64,000 bases of DNA from positions 32,001 to 96,000 of IMG/VR virus record IMGVR_UViG_3300026320_000001, one strand, 5' to 3'. Each line of letters begins with the position of its first letter. Position 1 is the first letter of the stretch. The position numbers and the translations under genes were made by a program. Source of the stretch: a virus. The notes below the pieces were generated by a model. That model worked only from the letters and a program-made list of their open reading frames with translations. It searched no databases and was not told where the DNA came from. Below are positions 63,611-64,000 of this stretch, one piece after another.

Positions 63611-64000
63611 CTATTCTTGAAATAAATCTGCGCGCCTATTAAAACCACGATTTTGCATTGTTTTATTTAATTCTGAAATAACTTTTTGTGCTATTTTTTC
63701 AATATCTGGAAGAACTGAACGGTCAAGATTTCCAGAAACAGTTATATCCATTAATTTCTCAATATTTATTCCTCCTGAACCAGATGATTGAACCATTGAT
63801 TGAGGTAAAATATTTGACATAAAATTATGCATTTGTTTAGGATTTATAACAAGTTCTCCGTCCATAAGCTTATTAAATTCTTCATTGGATTTTAATTTCG
63901 GTGCGCCTCCAACAAATCCAGATTTTATACCATCATGTCTATGTGGAACAACGGGAGTGATGGTAGAAGATGGTGTAAACGCTCCAGCACCTCCAGCAAC
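63611..64000 (-). CDS. Tape measure protein C-terminus (partial; extends beyond the window)
   Basis: Frame open to the window end; HDG...VGG...KSNE...L..GE.V motif; upstream of Dit. Confidence 0.7.
   Translation of the reverse strand, partial: VAGGAGAFTPSSTITPVVPHRHDGIKSGFVGGAPKLKSNEEFNKLMDGELVINPKQMHNFMSNILPQSMVQSSGSGGINIEKLMDITVSGNLDRSVLPDIEKIAQKVISELNKTMQNRGFNRRADLFQE

Noticed and set aside
1-64000. Stop-codon reassignment
   Set aside because: Long conserved genes are intact under code 11, TAA, TAG and TGA all terminate genes, and I found no CTA or TCA suppressor anticodon. The TAA, TAG and TGA anticodons are Leu, Leu and Ser.

Overview
This is an AT-rich fragment of a large tailed dsDNA phage genome read with the standard bacterial code; the tail module is siphovirus-like (tape measure, Dit, Tal). 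The + strand (1-54953) carries five blocks. (1) RNA repair and translation-rescue genes: Rnl1-type ligase, PNK-HD, two nucleotidyltransferases, Pth2-like, Thg1-like and NADAR. (2) Many small hypothetical ORFs. (3) A ~8.5 kb tRNA/ncRNA island with 21 recognisable tRNAs, 2 non-canonical tRNA-like RNAs, several structured RNAs, a DUF2828 TROVE/vWA-like gene and two HNH genes. (4) Replication and nucleotide metabolism: ThyX, Sak4-like ATPase, SSB, primase-helicase, Cas4-like nuclease, DnaE, dUTPase and class II RNR. (5) WGR-PARP, FtsH-like protease, Tad2-like protein and two DNA methyltransferases. After a bidirectional terminator, the - strand (55024-64000) encodes tail genes. Four signals are unexplained by these annotations. 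First, ~23 copies of a palindrome (ttg)ATRAAA-N6-TTTYAT(caa) sit at gene junctions. Second, three covarying AGAC..ACAGYAA..GTCT RNA repeats, plus a second two-copy RNA family, flank the Ro60-like DUF2828 gene. Third, a promoter-driven 6S-like rod RNA lies at 26979-27152. Fourth, several tRNAs have remodelled architecture. All calls were made by eye from motifs and base-pairing; no searches were run.
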